Positions 9,830 through 19,689 of a DNA stretch of 64,000 nt are shown piece by piece. A program made the translations under genes and the position numbers. Source of the stretch: Candidatus Latescibacterota bacterium (GTDB taxonomy: Bacteria > Latescibacterota > UBA2968 > GCA-2709665); contig OZ242358.1 in NCBI GenBank assembly GCA_965208835.1, positions 2,720,001-2,784,000 of the forward strand. The letters run 5' to 3'. How positions within the stretch are numbered: the first letter of the stretch is position 1; each line of letters begins with the position of its first letter. Under the pieces are notes generated by a model. That model saw only the letters and a list, made by a program, of their open reading frames with translations. It was not told the DNA's origin and did not search any database.

Positions 9830-9853
9830 ACAGACAAATATCTGTCTTGTCAA
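9830..9853 (-). promoter_or_regulatory. Candidate LexA operator adjoining the lexA -35 box
   Basis: AGACA-N6-TGTCT (9832-9847), also readable as ACAGA-N6-TCTGT (9830-9845), next to minus-strand TTGACA (9848-9853). Confidence 0.5.
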
Positions 9854-9969
9854 GCGGATTCTTGCGAATTGGACGATCCGGAAGGCTATTGATTCACATG
9901 GATGGACAGGATTCAGAGCATTGTTGTCGAATTCGAGAAGATGGGTCGGATATTACTCTGTTCCCGCCG

Positions 9970-10311
9970 CTAACGTCCTTCGTTAAGTGGAGCGGAGAGT
10001 CTAACTTCGAAATTTCGATCAAGCTTTTCTTGAAGAACACAAAGGATGCCAGTAAGGTTATCCATCGTAGGATTACCCTTCTTCGATAACATTCGATGGA
10101 TGCTCTTGCTGGGCTTGTCGAGCTTTTTTGCCAGAAATTCGAAGCCGATCGTCGAATTTACGAGTTCACGAAGTACAAGACGGGCAGTCTCGGAATCCCC
10201 GCTTAGAAATAACGAGACCGCTTCATTCATCAGAGACGCGGCAAAATCCGGATCTCTTTCCGCCCTCGCTCTGACTGTTTGCTTGTAGTCGCGTGTCAGC
10301 GGCATATTCAT
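9970..10311 (-). CDS. HTH antitoxin, addiction-module antidote type
   Basis: MPLTRDYKQTV...RDPDFAASL...SIHRMLSKKGNPTMDNL; directly downstream of the toxin. Confidence 0.82.
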   Translation of the reverse strand: MNMPLTRDYKQTVRARAERDPDFAASLMNEAVSLFLSGDSETARLVLRELVNSTIGFEFLAKKLDKPSKSIHRMLSKKGNPTMDNLTGILCVLQEKLDRNFEVRLSAPLNEGR

Positions 10312-10619
10312 CTCCTCGATCTGTATTCGGTTGTCATCTCCTTGGCTCTCGCAATATCCCTCTGTTGTCGTTTTTTCGTGCCGCCTCCCAGCAATACGAT
10401 AACGTCGTCACCATCCCGGAGTAAATAGATTCGATATCCCGGTCCCCAATCGATCCTGAATTCTCCAAGCCCGGAGAACCAACGGATACTTGAAGTATTC
10501 CCCTGCTCAATCCGGGCCAATGCAATCGAGACTTTCGCTGCTGCCTGATAGTTCAGACGATCGAACCATATTTTGAACGGCGCTGTGCCATCTTTTCGAA
10601 TGTATTCCCGAACCCGCAT
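10308..10619 (-). CDS. RelE/ParE-superfamily toxin (addiction-module killer type)
   Basis: EFRIDWGPGYRIY...LLGGGTKKRQQRDI. Confidence 0.9.
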   Translation of the reverse strand: MRVREYIRKDGTAPFKIWFDRLNYQAAAKVSIALARIEQGNTSSIRWFSGLGEFRIDWGPGYRIYLLRDGDDVIVLLGGGTKKRQQRDIARAKEMTTEYRSRR

Positions 10620-10633
10620 GGATCAATGGTAAC

Positions 10634-10858
10634 CTAAATGGTACCATTTGTCAATAATAGTTGTAACAATAAACAGGAAACAACGGGATAATCATCGAAT
10701 CGCCGGTCCATTCCAGGCATGACACCTGAATATCCATCGACGGATTCGGTATTCATTTGCTGCCCTGCGGCGCCTTCGATCAGACCGTAATCGTCCTCCT
10801 GGTTTTCCCGGCCACCGGTAATCTGCCCCGCCGCGAATCGTCCTTCCAGACGGTTCAT
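10634..10858 (-). pseudogene. Probable 5' remnant of a PP2C-family phosphatase gene
   Basis: GGAGGA RBS; N-terminus RFAAGQITGGRENQEDDYG resembles PP2C motif 1, then similarity is lost. Confidence 0.45.
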
Positions 10859-10925
10859 GTCATTCCTCCGCGACCGCGCGAGACCGCTGACGTGTCATCG
10901 AGGGTTGACGTAAACCCAATCGCCA

Positions 10926-12791
10926 CTATTCAAATATCCACGTGCCGAAGTTTTCGAACTCCACGCCACGGTTGTAGCGGGTCTCCGACCACGTGCTGAA
11001 CTCGTGCACGCCGGTCGCGGGGCGTCGGTGGGTCCACCTGTGCAGGTTTCCCGTAAGACGGTCGCCCGGCTTCGGCGAGGCCATACCCAGCGTCCGCCAG
11101 GGAATAGCGAATTCAGCCGACCAGGAATCCGCTTCCTTCCGGGTAGCCGTTCGATATTCCCCCGACCACGTGGAATCACGACCGTAGACCTCCCGTCCGG
11201 TGGCAATATCGCTGCCGTGTTCACTTCGCCCCGTCCCGGTCCGTGAGTCCCAGCGCGCATTCGCGAGATCCAACCGGATATGAAAGTAGGCCGTCATCCC
11301 CTCGTCGGCGGCGACGGCCACCTCCACCTGATCGGCCCGCCCGCCCAGATCAGTGAACATTGTGGCGTGGGTCTTTTCCATCTCGGATTCATTGCACCGG
11401 AATGCAACGTAGAGCGCCGTATCATCGTACATCATGAGCGCTTCGGTTACCGTCTCCAGTTCTTTCACGCGTGCCGCGACGTAGTTGATGAAGGACTCCG
11501 AAGACCCCGCCTCTTTCCAAGCTGCGTCGGTCAATTCCCCGTCAATGTCGGGCGCAGCACCGCGCAGGCGGGGAACATGCAACGTCTTCGGTTGAATCGG
11601 CCGTTCCTCGGCTCTTGTCTTCCCCAGGTGGCCCTTCCGGGCAATCCCGTCGACGTCGAAACCCAGAGGCCTTCCCCGCGCGACTTTCTCCTTTGCAGAC
11701 CTGAGGGCGCTCTCCAGATAGCCGGGCAGGTTCCGTCCATTCCACCAGTCCATGCGTTCGCTGTAGAACCACACGTACCGGTCACTGCTCTTGAGCGCCC
11801 AGTAAGCATTGTGTTCCACCCAAAGCGCCCGTTCCTCCGGCGTGACATAGGTCGCTTCGGTATGGGTGGCCATGGTGCCGCAAAGATAGTCCCCGTAAAC
11901 GGCGTGCCCCGCCTGAACCTGCCGGCGGTACTTGCCGCGAAGCTCCGGGGGAATCAAAGCCTGGCCCGTCTGGTGGATGTTGTGATAGGTCCGGAAATAA
12001 TGCAGTTCGTTGTTGTTGTAATAAGAGTGCTCGTCCCCGTCCACGATTATGGTTCCCGGGCCGGCGGCCTCGAGCATGCCCGTCATGAACGCGGGCAGGA
12101 GGCCATAGTAGTCGGACTTGAGGATGGCTTCGCGCCTGGACGGGTCGGTCTCCAGCGCGGCCTCCTGAAAACGACGCATCGACGTCCAGAAGAGGGTGAG
12201 AATCACCGGATCGGTGAATTCCTCCTGGATCCGGTCCATATACTGCGCACCCCGTTTCCGCACAATCCGCTCGTACTCGGCGAAGCTCTTCTCCTCCCTG
12301 TGCTTCTGCCATTCATATTTCCACGCACAATACGGACGTCCCCAGTAGACGAACTCCGGATCGAAAGCAAGACCGACGCAGCCTCCCACCCGCGCGGCCT
12401 TCGCGCACCAGCCGATATTTCGCAGGAACGGGCTGTTCTCGCCCCACAGCGAATCGTCGAACCAGTCCACGTTGTCGTCGCAGTGGAAGTAGATGAAATT
12501 GTCGGTGAATTTCCGCCACTGGATTCTTCCCATTGCTTCGATCTCCGTCTCGGCGTCCGCTTCGTCCAGGTCCACCATGTAGAACGTATGGCCGAAGGTC
12601 GGGCGGATAAAGATCCCGTCGAAAGGGCGTTCCTCCATCTCCCGGATATGCTCCACCACATAGCTCGGCGGCCTCAGGTCCCACCCCATCTTGACCAGCT
12701 TCTTCGGAACGGTCCCGGAGTAACCCGTGAGCGGCATCGTGACCAACAGCACGCATATCAGCGAGCATACGAAAACCGTCCACTGTAACAT
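10926..12791 (-). CDS. Secreted hypothetical protein with C-terminal CBM9/DOMON-like sugar-binding domain
   Basis: Signal peptide; C-terminal PDIDGELTDAAW...YDDTALYVAFRC...WSAEFAIPW. Confidence 0.75.
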   Translation of the reverse strand: MLQWTVFVCSLICVLLVTMPLTGYSGTVPKKLVKMGWDLRPPSYVVEHIREMEERPFDGIFIRPTFGHTFYMVDLDEADAETEIEAMGRIQWRKFTDNFIYFHCDDNVDWFDDSLWGENSPFLRNIGWCAKAARVGGCVGLAFDPEFVYWGRPYCAWKYEWQKHREEKSFAEYERIVRKRGAQYMDRIQEEFTDPVILTLFWTSMRRFQEAALETDPSRREAILKSDYYGLLPAFMTGMLEAAGPGTIIVDGDEHSYYNNNELHYFRTYHNIHQTGQALIPPELRGKYRRQVQAGHAVYGDYLCGTMATHTEATYVTPEERALWVEHNAYWALKSSDRYVWFYSERMDWWNGRNLPGYLESALRSAKEKVARGRPLGFDVDGIARKGHLGKTRAEERPIQPKTLHVPRLRGAAPDIDGELTDAAWKEAGSSESFINYVAARVKELETVTEALMMYDDTALYVAFRCNESEMEKTHATMFTDLGGRADQVEVAVAADEGMTAYFHIRLDLANARWDSRTGTGRSEHGSDIATGREVYGRDSTWSGEYRTATRKEADSWSAEFAIPWRTLGMASPKPGDRLTGNLHRWTHRRPATGVHEFSTWSETRYNRGVEFENFGTWIFE

Positions 12792-13108
12792 GTCGCGACC
12801 CCTTGTCTGGGCTTCAGGTCTATACCGGATGGCCACGTATCGCGCTGTGACAGCTGTTTCACGGCCGGCCAACGGTATTCCGATTCGAAATAGGCCATCC
12901 CGTCCAGATCGGCGTCAGGGCTGTGAAAGACGATATTGTCCGGTTGCGACGTCAACTCCCAGAGCATGGCCAACCCTTCCGTGGCCAGGAAGTTCTCATT
13001 GCAAATGTCGTTGTTCATATCCCGCTCCGTCTTTCATTCTGCGTTCGCCCGCGTTGCGAGTTCGACGACGCGCCGTCTATTTCAATATATGCGCAGATAT
13101 TCACGAAA

Positions 13109-13141
13109 CAAGGGTTTACGCCAGATCGGCATAAACCCTTG
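13109..13141 (-). terminator. Hairpin/terminator downstream of tRNA-Pro(CGG)
   Basis: CAAGGGTTTA...TAAACCCTTG inverted repeat. Confidence 0.55.
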
Positions 13142-13147
13142 AAATAG

Positions 13148-13224
13148 TGGTCGGGGCGCCCGGATTCGAACCGGGGGCCTCCTGCTCCCGAAGCAGGCGC
13201 TCTACCGGACTGAGCCACGCCCCG
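13148..13224 (-). tRNA. tRNA-Pro(CGG)
   Basis: CGGGGCG acceptor, anticodon arm CCTGC-TTCGGGA-GCAGG, GGTTCGAATCC T arm, encoded CCA. Confidence 0.97.
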
Positions 13225-13359
13225 AATTCGACTCCTAAAATACAAGAAACCGTACCGGTGGCAAGGAAAATCTCCGAATTGGCAAACGCAGAGCGCTCGG
13301 TCCGGAAGTCGTCGCCCGCGACATCTCCGGGCGGAACCCAAAAGCGCCGCGGCTGTCTT

Positions 13360-14289
13360 TCAACGGCGGCTTTCAGATAGCCGCTCCAGCACAACCACCA
13401 TTGCGAAACCCGTTGCCGCCAGCCCGATGGCGGCGGCCAGATCCCCGTCGAACATCCGGGGCAGCACGTTGATTTGCATTAGCGGGACCTCGGCGCCACA
13501 CGATTCGAGAGGCGACGATACGTCCGTTTTCCACGGCCAGACTTTCCTTAAGGAACCGGCCATTAACCCGGTCAACGCGGCTACGGTAACGTCGTGGTGC
13601 CGTTTGAAAATCCATGCCAGAACCCGCGCAAAACTGAGGATCCCGACGGCGGCGCCCGAGGCGAACAGGAAGATGGGGAAAAGCTCCCGGTCGTTCAATG
13701 CCGCCAGGAGATACTCGTACTTGCCCAGCAGCACCAGAATAAACGAACCGGAGATACCCGGCAGAATCATCGCCGATATGGCAACGACGCCGCAGATGAA
13801 AAGGAACCAGGGCGAATCCGGCGTCTTCACCGGCACGAGGCCGACGACAACATAGAACAGCAATCCTGAAGCGACCGCAGCGATCCAGGCGCGACCGCGC
13901 CATGCGACCACCCGTTTCCGAACGACGAAGACGGACGCCGCAACCAGTCCGAAGAAAAACGCCCAGATCAATTCCGGTTCATGTTGGAGCATCCACTGAA
14001 TACCACGCGCCAGTGTCGCCACAGCCAGCAGAATGCCCCCGAGAACGGGTCCCAGAAACCGCCACGGAACCCTGTTCAGCGCCTCCCTGAATCTGAGGAC
14101 CACCAGCAATCCGGCGAAGCGGCGATCGAAGGAACGGATGGAATGGATCAGTTCCTCATAGATTCCCGTAACGAATGCGATTGTGCCGCCGGATACGCCG
14201 GGAACCACGTCCGCCGCGCCCATGCAGGCACCGCGCAGGCCGAGGCCCGCGTACGCCTTCCAACCCCGCCGCACGATTTCAGGCTCCAT
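13360..14289 (-). CDS. DUF368-family membrane protein
   Basis: GAADVVPGVSGGTIA and AMILPGISGS repeated motifs. Confidence 0.92.
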   Translation of the reverse strand: MEPEIVRRGWKAYAGLGLRGACMGAADVVPGVSGGTIAFVTGIYEELIHSIRSFDRRFAGLLVVLRFREALNRVPWRFLGPVLGGILLAVATLARGIQWMLQHEPELIWAFFFGLVAASVFVVRKRVVAWRGRAWIAAVASGLLFYVVVGLVPVKTPDSPWFLFICGVVAISAMILPGISGSFILVLLGKYEYLLAALNDRELFPIFLFASGAAVGILSFARVLAWIFKRHHDVTVAALTGLMAGSLRKVWPWKTDVSSPLESCGAEVPLMQINVLPRMFDGDLAAAIGLAATGFAMVVVLERLSESRR

Positions 14290-14411
14290 TTCCGCCACGC
14301 ATTCCCGATCTCGGAATAATTCGGTGGCAACGTTGCGGCGACCGGCGGTGTCGAAACCCGTGCCGCCCGCTTCGCCAACGGAACGGGCGCGACCATGTGG
14401 ACCGCCACTCG

Positions 14412-14449
14412 AAAAACAGGGACTCACGATCCACGTCGTAAGTCCCTGT
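14412..14449 (-). terminator. Terminator downstream of tRNA-Pro(GGG)
   Basis: ACAGGGACT...AGTCCCTGT stem with minus-strand T tract. Confidence 0.65.
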
Positions 14450-14454
14450 CAGTA

Positions 14455-14531
14455 TGGTCGGAGCGACTGGATTTGAACCAGCGACCCCTATCACCCCAAG
14501 ATAGTGCGCTACCGGGCTGCGCCACGCTCCG
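14455..14531 (-). tRNA. tRNA-Pro(GGG)
   Basis: CGGAGCG acceptor, anticodon arm CTATC-TTGGGGT-GATAG, GGTTCAAATCC, CCA end. Confidence 0.97.
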
Positions 14532-14671
14532 AACCCAACTCTTTAATTGCCGAGGAAAAAACTAATGGGTCTTGCCATCGGCGTCAAGGGAAATGTCGTC
14601 CTCGGAGACCCGAGCTTCCCAAGACTGCCCTCCTGCCTGTATTTCTACGAAATACCGGTCGAGCGTTTCTT

Positions 14672-15916
14672 TTATTCGGTCTTGTAGTAAAGAGAATTAT
14701 AGTACCGTTCCGCGATGACTTTGCACAGGATATTGACGACGGCCGCAACCGGGATTGCAATGAGCATGCCGATGAAACCCCAGAAATGGGCGCCGACAAC
14801 CAGCGCGAACATCACCCAGACCGGATGCAGACCGACGCGCTGACCCACGACGCGGGGAGATAGAAAATTACCCTCGATACTTTGAACGACGACGAAAACG
14901 CCGACGACCTTGAGCAGGCTGCCGGCCGGGTCGGCATCCAATAACGCGACGAGGCACGCGACGCTGAATGCGACCGCGATTCCTATGTACGGAATCAGGT
15001 TGAAGAGCCCGGCCATGAGTCCCAGCAGAACCGCGTATCGGATCCCGAACAGCATGAGGCCGGTGGCGGTAAGCACCGCAATAAAGGTGCAGACCAGCAT
15101 CTGCCCGCGGAGGTATTGACCCAGAATCTCGTCCACCCGCACCAGGAATTCCCCGATGGACGCCGCGTGCCGCCGCGGAAGGACTCGAGCGACAGTCCTG
15201 ACAATGCGGTCGTAGTCCTTGATCATGTAGAAGGTCACAAAGGGGATCATCAGAAAATTCAGTAGCGTTGCCAGCCCGGAGCCCAAACCCTTAAGGGCCG
15301 CGGTTGTCTGTTCCGCGATGAGTTCACCCAGCTTCGGCAACCGCTCCAGAAGCAGCTGTTGTATCTGACCCTTCGGCAGGTTTACGCCGATCGACTGCAG
15401 CCAGTTGAATATCTGATCGTAGAACTGCTTCAGCATCGCTGCATAGACGGGAATGCGCCGCCCGAAATCGTGAATTTCCTGTGTGACCAAAGGAATGACC
15501 ACGATGCCGATCCCTGACAACGCCCCCAGTATCACGACTACGATCAGGGCGATGGCGATCGTGCGCGACATCCAGCGTTCCATCAGACCGACAAGCGGCG
15601 ACACCAGATAGGCCAACACAAACGAGGTCACAAACGGCCATAACAACCCGGCCAAATCTCCCATCAGCCAGGCGCCGAACAGCAGGACCACCACAACCCC
15701 GACGCCGGCTTCGAACCTTATCCCCTTTCGGACCATGACAAGGATGGCCAGCAGCGTGAGGCCGATCAGGAAGGGGGAGAGATCCTGATGGAGCACAAAG
15801 AGGAAACCCACCAGAAACAACAGAATCGCCATGCGAAAAAACGGCCTGTCGCCGGAAAGACGGCCGTCCGGATTATCCTCGCAATGCCCCGGTTTTGACT
15901 GTGATTTCGTATCCAT
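14672..15916 (-). CDS. AI-2E family (PerM-like) transporter
   Basis: LIPYIG, QSIEGNFLSPRVVG..VGLHP, GFIGMLIAIP. Confidence 0.92.
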   Translation of the reverse strand: MDTKSQSKPGHCEDNPDGRLSGDRPFFRMAILLFLVGFLFVLHQDLSPFLIGLTLLAILVMVRKGIRFEAGVGVVVVLLFGAWLMGDLAGLLWPFVTSFVLAYLVSPLVGLMERWMSRTIAIALIVVVILGALSGIGIVVIPLVTQEIHDFGRRIPVYAAMLKQFYDQIFNWLQSIGVNLPKGQIQQLLLERLPKLGELIAEQTTAALKGLGSGLATLLNFLMIPFVTFYMIKDYDRIVRTVARVLPRRHAASIGEFLVRVDEILGQYLRGQMLVCTFIAVLTATGLMLFGIRYAVLLGLMAGLFNLIPYIGIAVAFSVACLVALLDADPAGSLLKVVGVFVVVQSIEGNFLSPRVVGQRVGLHPVWVMFALVVGAHFWGFIGMLIAIPVAAVVNILCKVIAERYYNSLYYKTE

Positions 15917-15934
15917 GCCATTGTCCGCAATCGG

Positions 15935-16786
15935 TCATTGTCCCGATTTCGCCTGCTCTTCATCCTCCGACACGACCAGAAACGTCTCTGACTGGGTGTC
16001 TACATTGAATATGCGAAGGTAGCGGCTGTGGCGAAGCCCGCCCACCTCTCCGATCAACTCCAGAACGCCGTCGCCGTCGATATCCAGATATCCCAGGCGG
16101 TCTCCAAAACCGTCGGCAAAGTACCACTCCAGGATCAACGTATCCATGTCGACGACCACACCCGTATTCAACACGGCCTCCAGGCCGTAGTCGTCGTCGA
16201 AATCCGCGATCACCATGCTCTGCGCGTGAATCGATTCTTTCGGTATCACGTCGCTGATTCCCTGTTCGAAAAGCTCCAGACAGTCGTATACATGGATGTG
16301 CATCTCGCTATGGCCCAGACTCTTGACCAGATAGACGAGTTCCAGTTGAGGATCATCGTCCACATTCGCGATTTCCATGTGGGTGATATCCTCCTGGATC
16401 TGCCATATAAAACTGTAGTCCTCCGCACTGTATAGCACAATACGTGTAAAGGTGTACGCGACAATTTCGAATTCACCGTCTGCATCCACGTCTTCCACAA
16501 ATACCCCCAGGACTGCAGATCCCAGTGGTTCGCTCTTCCACTCCTCGTATCCGCGCCCGTCGACGTATCTTACAACGTACAGGTTTCCCTGTGCGTCTCC
16601 GTAAACGACCCGCGGATTGGCTTCGTCACCCGACGGGAGGATGCGAATCTGAGGCAGTTCATCTATGCTTCCGCCCCAGCGGATGTGCCGGTTGTCGCGA
16701 AGAAGATACCAGTCCGCGCTGCCGGCTTGAACCGGTACGTACGCCGAAATCCAGAACACCGCGACTATGCAGATGTAATGTTTCAT
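15935..16786 (-). CDS. Secreted FG-GAP/VCBS-repeat protein
   Basis: Signal peptide MKHYICIVAVFWISAYVPVQA; DVDADGEFE, NVDDDPQLE, DFDDDYGLE and DIDGDGVLE loops. Confidence 0.75.
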   Translation of the reverse strand: MKHYICIVAVFWISAYVPVQAGSADWYLLRDNRHIRWGGSIDELPQIRILPSGDEANPRVVYGDAQGNLYVVRYVDGRGYEEWKSEPLGSAVLGVFVEDVDADGEFEIVAYTFTRIVLYSAEDYSFIWQIQEDITHMEIANVDDDPQLELVYLVKSLGHSEMHIHVYDCLELFEQGISDVIPKESIHAQSMVIADFDDDYGLEAVLNTGVVVDMDTLILEWYFADGFGDRLGYLDIDGDGVLELIGEVGGLRHSRYLRIFNVDTQSETFLVVSEDEEQAKSGQ

Positions 16787-16788
16787 GT

Positions 16789-17958
16789 CTATCGGTCCTT
16801 CAAATCGGAAAGAATCGAATAGATCTCCGTATTCGCCCGTATTGCTTCCTCGCCATCGGGAACGGTACGCTGGTGGCACGCCAGGCATACCTCCCGCAGT
16901 TCCGGTTGGTGACAGTTTGTGCACTCGTTCACATTGCCGTACGGCGCAAAGAACGGCACCTCCCGCAGATGATAGGCCTCCTCGTCGATACGTCCGCCAG
17001 GGTTCTGATGCCCGACGGTACTGGTTACACCCTCTCTCTCGTGGCAGTCCTGGCAGAACGCCCTGAGTTTGTGGCAGGAAGCGCAGTCCGCAATCCTTCC
17101 CGACACCTCCGCTCCGTGGTTGCCGCGAAAATCGGAGGTGATTGAAATCACCCTGATGTGTCTCTCGGGCCGCAAACTTCCGTACTCACCTATCAGATCC
17201 GGCGTGCCATCGTAGTTCACGTCCACATACCCCATACGGTCGCATCCACCGAAGTGCCATTCGAAGTCGAGAGATCTCGCGTCGATCACCACGCCGGTGT
17301 TGATGGCAATTTCAAGCTCGGCGTCTTCGTCCAGGTTCGCGACGACGATGCTTTCCCCGATCAGGGTCTGCTCTCCGCGTCTCTCCTCCGCGAGATGCCT
17401 GGCGTCGTAGACGAACAACCTCGAGTCGCGTTCTCCCGACGCGTCCTCCGCTTCTCCGAGAAAGATCAATTCCAGTTGTGGGTCGCCATCCAGGTTTTCG
17501 ATCGCCATCGTCGAGATTGTCGCATACTCGTCATCTTTGCTGCGCCAGATCAACTCGTACGAATCCGCATTGTAAATCACGATGTCACCCCAATGCGAAT
17601 ATGCTACGATCTCGAGAACACCGTCCGCGTTGACGTCCGCTACGAAAACCTCTGCCACGGACGATTTCAAGGACTGGCTGACCCAGACCTCCCGGGAACG
17701 CCCCTCGGTGAACTCGAGTACGTGCAAAAGGCCCTGGCGGTCTCCGTAGACCAGTCGCTTTACCGAGTCGGCCGGAGCGGGAATAATCCTGACAGTGCGC
17801 ATTTCGCCAAGTGCGCCGCCGAAGGACACATCCTTTCCCCTTGCCCATCGGAACCACTCCATGTCCCCGGCGTGCGCCAGGGTCAGACCCGCGCACAGGC
17901 AGGCCAACACCCAGAATACATTTCGAGCAAATACCTCCCGCACGCTTCTTACCTCCAC
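16789..17958 (-). CDS. Secreted FG-GAP/VCBS-repeat protein with C-terminal tetraheme cytochrome c domain
   Basis: Signal peptide; DVNADG, NLDGDP, NLDEDA and DVNYDG loops; CASCH, CQDCH, CTNCH, CLACH. Confidence 0.8.
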   Translation of the reverse strand: MEVRSVREVFARNVFWVLACLCAGLTLAHAGDMEWFRWARGKDVSFGGALGEMRTVRIIPAPADSVKRLVYGDRQGLLHVLEFTEGRSREVWVSQSLKSSVAEVFVADVNADGVLEIVAYSHWGDIVIYNADSYELIWRSKDDEYATISTMAIENLDGDPQLELIFLGEAEDASGERDSRLFVYDARHLAEERRGEQTLIGESIVVANLDEDAELEIAINTGVVIDARSLDFEWHFGGCDRMGYVDVNYDGTPDLIGEYGSLRPERHIRVISITSDFRGNHGAEVSGRIADCASCHKLRAFCQDCHEREGVTSTVGHQNPGGRIDEEAYHLREVPFFAPYGNVNECTNCHQPELREVCLACHQRTVPDGEEAIRANTEIYSILSDLKDR

Positions 17959-18864
17959 TCAGAACAGGCTGACGTCCACGTTGAGATAGCGTTTGGGGTC
18001 CTCTTTGATGTCGTTGATAAGGCTGTCTACGGAGACAAGCGTCCGCCGGAGGTCTTTGTACAGTGTGTCGTCCTGAATAAGGCGGCCGAGCGTGCCCTCG
18101 CCGCGTCGAAGTCTTCCGCTGACCTCGTTCAGATCGGAAAGTGATCTCCTGAGCGATTCCAGTACGGTCTCGATGTTGCGCGTCACCCCATCCAACCTGT
18201 CGGTCGTGAGCCGCATATTCTCGACAACCCGGCGCACATCGGGCCGATTCTCGCCGATCATGTCGCGTGCGTTGAGGGTGGCCGCGGCCGCGGAATCCAG
18301 GACTGACGCGAGCGTCTCGCGGTTTTCGGAAACCGTCTGCTTGAGAATCGCGGCCGCGCTGTCCAGATTGGCCAGCAGGACCTCGACATGCCCCAGATTC
18401 CTGTCGGCAAGAACCGCTTCCAGACGCTGAGCCAGCACGCCGGCATGTTCCGCTATCTCCTCGATGCCGCCTTCAGACGACCCGCGAAGGGTGTCGTGGT
18501 CGGCGTACACCCTGTCGGAGGCCGTTCCTACCTGCACGTCGATCATCTTGCCGCCCAGCAATCCCTCGGCCTGTAACAGAACCTTCGAGTCCCGAGGCAG
18601 ATTTCGAAATTCGGCAAAACCGATACTTACAAGGGGCAAGCCGTGCGTAAGTCCGATATCGAGGACCTTGCCGGCCCAGACACCCCGGATGAACACCGGG
18701 TCTCCAGGCTGCAGGCCTGGTACACTGTCGAAAAAGACATGCAACTGATATCCACCTGCCGCTCCGGCGTAATTCTCAGACAGCCATGCCGCACCCAGTA
18801 CGGCAATCGCGATCGCCAGAAAAATGACGGCACCCAGAAACAACTGTTTTTCCCGACTTATCAT
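17959..18864 (-). CDS. mlaD: MlaD/MCE-family protein
   Basis: N-terminal TM, GLQPGDPVFIRGV, GLLGGKMI, helical tail with GEGTLGRLI. Confidence 0.9.
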   Translation of the reverse strand: MISREKQLFLGAVIFLAIAIAVLGAAWLSENYAGAAGGYQLHVFFDSVPGLQPGDPVFIRGVWAGKVLDIGLTHGLPLVSIGFAEFRNLPRDSKVLLQAEGLLGGKMIDVQVGTASDRVYADHDTLRGSSEGGIEEIAEHAGVLAQRLEAVLADRNLGHVEVLLANLDSAAAILKQTVSENRETLASVLDSAAAATLNARDMIGENRPDVRRVVENMRLTTDRLDGVTRNIETVLESLRRSLSDLNEVSGRLRRGEGTLGRLIQDDTLYKDLRRTLVSVDSLINDIKEDPKRYLNVDVSLF

Positions 18865-18876
18865 TTGTCACCTGTA

Positions 18877-19620
18877 TCAGATCTTTCCCTGAACGAAAAG
18901 GTCGTAGACATCGTTCCCGCTCCTCTCGATCTCCTCCGGCGTCCCTTGAATGGCGGTTTCTCCGTTGTAAAGCAGGGCGATCCTGTCCGATATTCTACGG
19001 GCAAGCGGCAGGTCGTGCGTAACCACAACCGAAGTTACGTCCAGCTCATTCTGAAGCTTCAGAATGTAATCGCCTACCACCGCGGCCGTACCGGGATCCA
19101 GACCCGTTGTAGGCTCGTCATATAGAATGAAATCAGGCGACATTGCAATTGCCCTCGCCAGTGCGGCGCGCTTCCGCATGCCGCCGGACAGCTCGACGGG
19201 CATCGTCTGCTCCGCCCCGGAAAGACGAACCGCACCCAGGCATACGCCGACCCGTTCCTCAATCTCTTTCTCGGACATCCGGGTATGCATCCGAAGCCCG
19301 AATGCCACGTTTTCCTTTACATTCATTGAATCGAAAAGCGCGGCGGACTGAAACAGGACGCCAATCCTTTTGCGCAACGCCTTCAGATCTCTGTAACTGA
19401 TTGAGTTCATGTCGTGACCGTCCACCGTGACCCGACCGTGATCGGCCTGCTCAATGCCAATTATGTGTTTCAGTGTCACACTCTTGCCACAACCGCTGGG
19501 GCCCAGGATGGTGGTTACCTCCCCCCAGCGGACTTCCAGATCCATACCCGTCAAGACCTGCAATTCATCGAATCGTTTATGCACTGATTCGAATTCGACG
19601 GCTATGCCATTCTTTGCCAT
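18877..19620 (-). CDS. mlaF: MlaF-family ABC ATPase
   Basis: GPSGCGKS, LFQSAALFDS, LSGGMRKR, YDEPTTGLDP. Confidence 0.93.
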   Translation of the reverse strand: MAKNGIAVEFESVHKRFDELQVLTGMDLEVRWGEVTTILGPSGCGKSVTLKHIIGIEQADHGRVTVDGHDMNSISYRDLKALRKRIGVLFQSAALFDSMNVKENVAFGLRMHTRMSEKEIEERVGVCLGAVRLSGAEQTMPVELSGGMRKRAALARAIAMSPDFILYDEPTTGLDPGTAAVVGDYILKLQNELDVTSVVVTHDLPLARRISDRIALLYNGETAIQGTPEEIERSGNDVYDLFVQGKI

Positions 19621-19689
19621 TATCTTGTCTCATTCACCGAAACAGCACCGCGACGGGGCCCGATTTACGCTCAAGCCTTCAAACCGCCG

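Noticed and set aside
12758-13018. 86-aa ORF with a weak RBS upstream of the CBM9-like gene
   Set aside because: No recognisable motif and it overlaps the next gene's start; cannot be supported without homology data
7109-13224. Possible genomic island integrated at tRNA-Pro(CGG)
   Set aside because: No integrase and no duplicated tRNA 3' end (att site) seen; lexA is a core gene
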